Origin: a virus
DNA length: 10,879 bases
Strand: one strand, 5' to 3'
Virus genome (UHGV): UHGV-0120148
In this document: positions 8,684 through 10,879 of the stretch, piece by piece
How positions within the stretch are numbered: the stretch's first letter is position 1
Layout: every line of letters begins with the position of its first letter
Program-made: the position numbers and the translations under genes
The notes under the pieces: generated by a model
The model's database searches: none
What the model was told of the DNA's origin: nothing
The model's input: only the letters and a program-made list of their open reading frames with translations

Positions 8684-9115
8684 ATGAGCGAGAAATTAAA
8701 GATAGTCTATCGCCCATTACAAGAATTGTCACCGTATGCGCACAACGCCAGGACGCACAGTACTGAGCAGGTGGCACAACTGGTAGAAAGTATTAAGCAA
8801 TTCGGCTGGACTAATCCGGTGCTGATTGACGAAAAGGGCGAAATTATTGCGGGTCACGGTCGTGTTATGGCGGCTGAAATGCTCAAAATGGATTCTGTTC
8901 CGGTCATTGTTCTGTCTGGCCTGACGGATGAGCAGAAAAAGGCGTACCGCCTGGCAGATAATCGCCTACCGATGAATGCTGGCTGGGATGAAGATCTGTT
9001 GCGGATGGAGCTGTCGGACCTAATCAATGCTGATTTTGATGTCTCCCTGACAGGCTTCGGCCCGACAGAAATTGATGAACTGTTGACGGATGTTTTGCCC
9101 GGTATCGGGCCTTAA
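8684..9115 (+). CDS. ParB-like nuclease domain protein (143 aa), probably a truncated N-terminal part of a larger protein
   Basis: ParB/Srx-like N-terminal domain features (IIAGHGRVMAA, RLADN) and the ...SLTGFGPTEIDELL linker that in phage ParB-methyltransferase fusions precedes a methylase domain; here the ORF stops about 15 codons later, 3 nt from the convergent tfa stop. Confidence 0.65.
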   Translation: MSEKLKIVYRPLQELSPYAHNARTHSTEQVAQLVESIKQFGWTNPVLIDEKGEIIAGHGRVMAAEMLKMDSVPVIVLSGLTDEQKKAYRLADNRLPMNAGWDEDLLRMELSDLINADFDVSLTGFGPTEIDELLTDVLPGIGP

Positions 9116-9118
9116 TTT

Positions 9119-9646
9119 TTACTCTGGTTTTTGTGGCCATTCAGGATTTGCCGTATCCACACGGCTGACCAGAACACTGTAGCGTTCCCATGCTTCCAGT
9201 CGTGTGCGTTCCTCGTCTGTTGCCATATTCAGCCTGACAGCGCGCTCCAGCGGCAAAATTACGGATTCAGCTTCGGAAAGCAAAGCTGCCTTCTGTAATT
9301 CCGCCTGTTGTTGCTGTTCATCTGCCGTATAAATCCGTTTAACCACAGCTCCGTCCCTAAACATCCACTTACTGGAATCATCAGCGCAGCGGTTGGCTGT
9401 AATATCTGGAACCTCAACGACGCTATAACCTTCAGGGTTAAGCGTGGAGGCATCTTTGGTGATGGCGACAATAATATTATTTGCATCGTAAACAATCTTT
9501 ATTGTGTCTGGCTGAAAGTTTTTCACTTCCTCATACCAGTTTTTTCCGTCTTCGGACCATAACCAGATAACATCAAAATTCTTTGTTAGCTGATATTGTT
9601 CTTTTGTTTTTGGATTTCCAGACTTAATATTTTTTAAATGCTGCAT
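9119..9646 (-). CDS. tfa: Tail fibre assembly protein (Tfa / Mu U' type, 175 aa)
   Basis: C-terminal conserved Tfa motif ...[25 protein letters not shown]...; located immediately downstream of the tail-fibre variable segment on the same strand. Confidence 0.8.
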   Translation of the reverse strand: MQHLKNIKSGNPKTKEQYQLTKNFDVIWLWSEDGKNWYEEVKNFQPDTIKIVYDANNIIVAITKDASTLNPEGYSVVEVPDITANRCADDSSKWMFRDGAVVKRIYTADEQQQQAELQKAALLSEAESVILPLERAVRLNMATDEERTRLEAWERYSVLVSRVDTANPEWPQKPE

Positions 9647-9649
9647 AAA

Positions 9650-10654
9650 TTACACCTGTACGACGTTATACCATGTGCCATTGATGTATTTTTGTATTGG
9701 TCTGAATACTGCCGGATCATCGCCATCAACTGCACCGATAATGCCAAGCCCCGTAATTGCATGACCTGATTTCTCATACATCACGCCTTTTTGCATAGTC
9801 TGAACAACACGTGTACCAAGTCGGACATCTCTCACATAACGTGAGTCAAAATTACCATAATTGCCGGGAATAACTTGCGCACCGCAAAGCCAGTTGCCAT
9901 TGTTGTCCATGTACGCCTGACCATCGGTGCCATTGGCTGTCCTTGAGTTATTAATCATGTAGATGCCAAATTGCTTATTCCCCAGTCCACCAATCATAAA
10001 TTTGCGATCAGCGTGGTCCTGACGAAGTAATGCCTGCGCACCATCGGTGGATACCGCATTGCGTCCCAAAATAACATTCTGGTCACGCATATGAATCCAC
10101 ATGCCGGTACTACTGTTAATTGCAAAACGGTTTGCAAATATATCCCCTGTAACATCAAGACCATGCCCCATGCTTATCCGACCAGTTCTGAGATTAAGCG
10201 TAAAGGGGCGTAGTGGCCCTATATCACCATTTTCTCCCTCATTCTCTCGTGTAGGGATGATATGCAGGCATTCTTCAGAACGACGAAAAATAGCACCAAA
10301 AGATGAATTAAATATCCTCAGTGCATTGACTGTCGATATTTTTACTTCACTGCTGAAAAGGGCTTTAACAAGGACAGACAAAGCATCCCATTTAAGAGTC
10401 ATCAGGTCTTTTGTTGTGGTGCTCTGGCGGCTTCTCCATTTGAAATATTCATTGCCGTTGTCGCCTGTTTCAAACCACATGTATGAATCAGTGTCGCTGT
10501 CGGCATTATTTTTAAAACCAATCTTTGCCCAGTCAGTATTTCTAATCCAGGCAAGGATTGAGTCGTTTTCAAAAGTAAGCCCACCGGACAAGGTATCGCC
10601 ATTCTTTTGCACGGCGTTCCTGGCCCTGTTTACCGTTTCCTGTAAACCGAGGTT
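9650..10654 (-). CDS. Tail fibre protein, variable C-terminal segment (Sv'-type) lacking the constant N-terminal part; silent cassette
   Basis: Open frame on the minus strand runs from inside the gix-like site (encoding NLGLQETVNRARNA, as in Mu/P1/e14 tail-fibre junctions) to the stop at 9650. No start codon or N-terminal constant domain is present; the ORF-track start at 10612 is an internal GTG. Gly/Asn-rich, fibre-like composition. Confidence 0.7.
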   Translation of the reverse strand, partial: NLGLQETVNRARNAVQKNGDTLSGGLTFENDSILAWIRNTDWAKIGFKNNADSDTDSYMWFETGDNGNEYFKWRSRQSTTTKDLMTLKWDALSVLVKALFSSEVKISTVNALRIFNSSFGAIFRRSEECLHIIPTRENEGENGDIGPLRPFTLNLRTGRISMGHGLDVTGDIFANRFAINSSTGMWIHMRDQNVILGRNAVSTDGAQALLRQDHADRKFMIGGLGNKQFGIYMINNSRTANGTDGQAYMDNNGNWLCGAQVIPGNYGNFDSRYVRDVRLGTRVVQTMQKGVMYEKSGHAITGLGIIGAVDGDDPAVFRPIQKYINGTWYNVVQV

Positions 10655-10662
10655 TTAGATAA
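10637..10662. other. Site-specific inversion crossover site (gix/pix-like, 26 bp) for a Gin/Pin-family invertase
   Basis: ttcctgtaaaccgaggttttagataa differs at one position from the Mu gix site as I recall it (TTCCTGTAAACCGAGGTTTTGGATAA); positioned between the 5' end of the silent tail-fibre segment and the invertase gene. Confidence 0.7.
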
Positions 10663-10716
10663 TGGCGGTTTCTGGCCTGCATGGCATGATTTGTGCTTTT
10701 GGACGGGAGATTCAGC

Positions 10717-10842
10717 GTGCTGATTGGCTATGTAAGGGTATCAACAAATGACCAGAATACAGACCTGCAACGAAACGCTCTTGTTTGTGCAGGATGTGAA
10801 CAAATATTTGAAGATAAATTAAGCGGGCACTGTTGCAAATAG
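10717..10842 (+). pseudogene. pin: Pin/Gin-family DNA invertase, N-terminal fragment (about 37 native codons) interrupted by IS26
   Basis: Translation [37 protein letters not shown] matches the serine-recombinase N-terminus of Pin/Gin (catalytic Ser in YVRVSTNDQ); the frame then reads into the IS26 inverted repeat and stops (HCCK*). Start appears to be GTG. Confidence 0.8.
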
Positions 10843-10879
10843 TCGGTGGTGATAAACTTATCATCCCCTTTTGCTGATG
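10826..10879 (+). mobile_element. IS26 (IS6 family), left terminal inverted repeat and first about 54 bp; continues beyond the window
   Basis: ggcactgttgcaaatagtcggtggtgataaacttatcatccccttttgctgatg matches the IS26 left end from recall, beginning with the 14-bp IR GGCACTGTTGCAAA; tnpA itself lies beyond the window. Confidence 0.85.

Noticed and set aside
8485-8766. 93-aa ORF bridging the trkG 3' end and the ParB-like start
   Set aside because: It spans the intergenic hairpin and overlaps both neighbours in a different frame; no RBS; likely spurious.
10101-10658. 185-aa plus-strand ORF opposite the tail-fibre segment
   Set aside because: Antisense to the tail-fibre variable-region frame, which has the conserved junction peptide and fibre-like composition; a shadow ORF.
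10877-10879. ATG at the very end of the window as a gene start
   Set aside because: This ATG lies within the IS26 terminal region (gctgATGgag...), upstream of where tnpA begins; it is not the transposase start codon.
1-10879. CRISPR arrays, or toxin-antitoxin or other multi-gene defence operons
   Set aside because: No spacer-repeat periodicity and no unassigned multi-gene cluster. Apart from the 133-aa nin ORF and the ParB-like ORF, every ORF of appreciable size is accounted for by recognisable lambdoid phage functions.

Overview
This window is a mosaic, defective lambdoid prophage (enterobacterial, E. coli-like), read left to right in the phage early-to-late direction. It contains the 3' part of a replication initiator gene with ori iterons inside it, a DnaB-family helicase gene, the tR2 terminator, and a lambda-type nin region (ninB, ninE-like, an extra 133-aa ORF, ninF, ninG, ninH, ninI) ending in antiterminator Q. 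This is followed by the late promoter PR' and tR', two tRNA-like genes, and a phage-21-type lysis cassette (pinholin S, SAR endolysin R, Rz with embedded Rz1). Then come an AT-rich moron encoding a TrkG/TrkH potassium transporter and a short ParB-like ORF, after which the prophage jumps directly to the silent half of a Mu/e14-type invertible tail-fibre cassette (tfa and the variable stf segment on the minus strand, plus a gix-like crossover site). The adjacent pin invertase gene is cut at about codon 37 by the left end of IS26, which runs off the window edge. No terminase, head or tail-shaft genes are present. I do not see a clearly novel system; the unexplained pieces are the 133-aa nin-region ORF, the ParB-like ORF and the two tRNA-like genes. 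All homology statements are from recall and reading the sequence, not from a database search.
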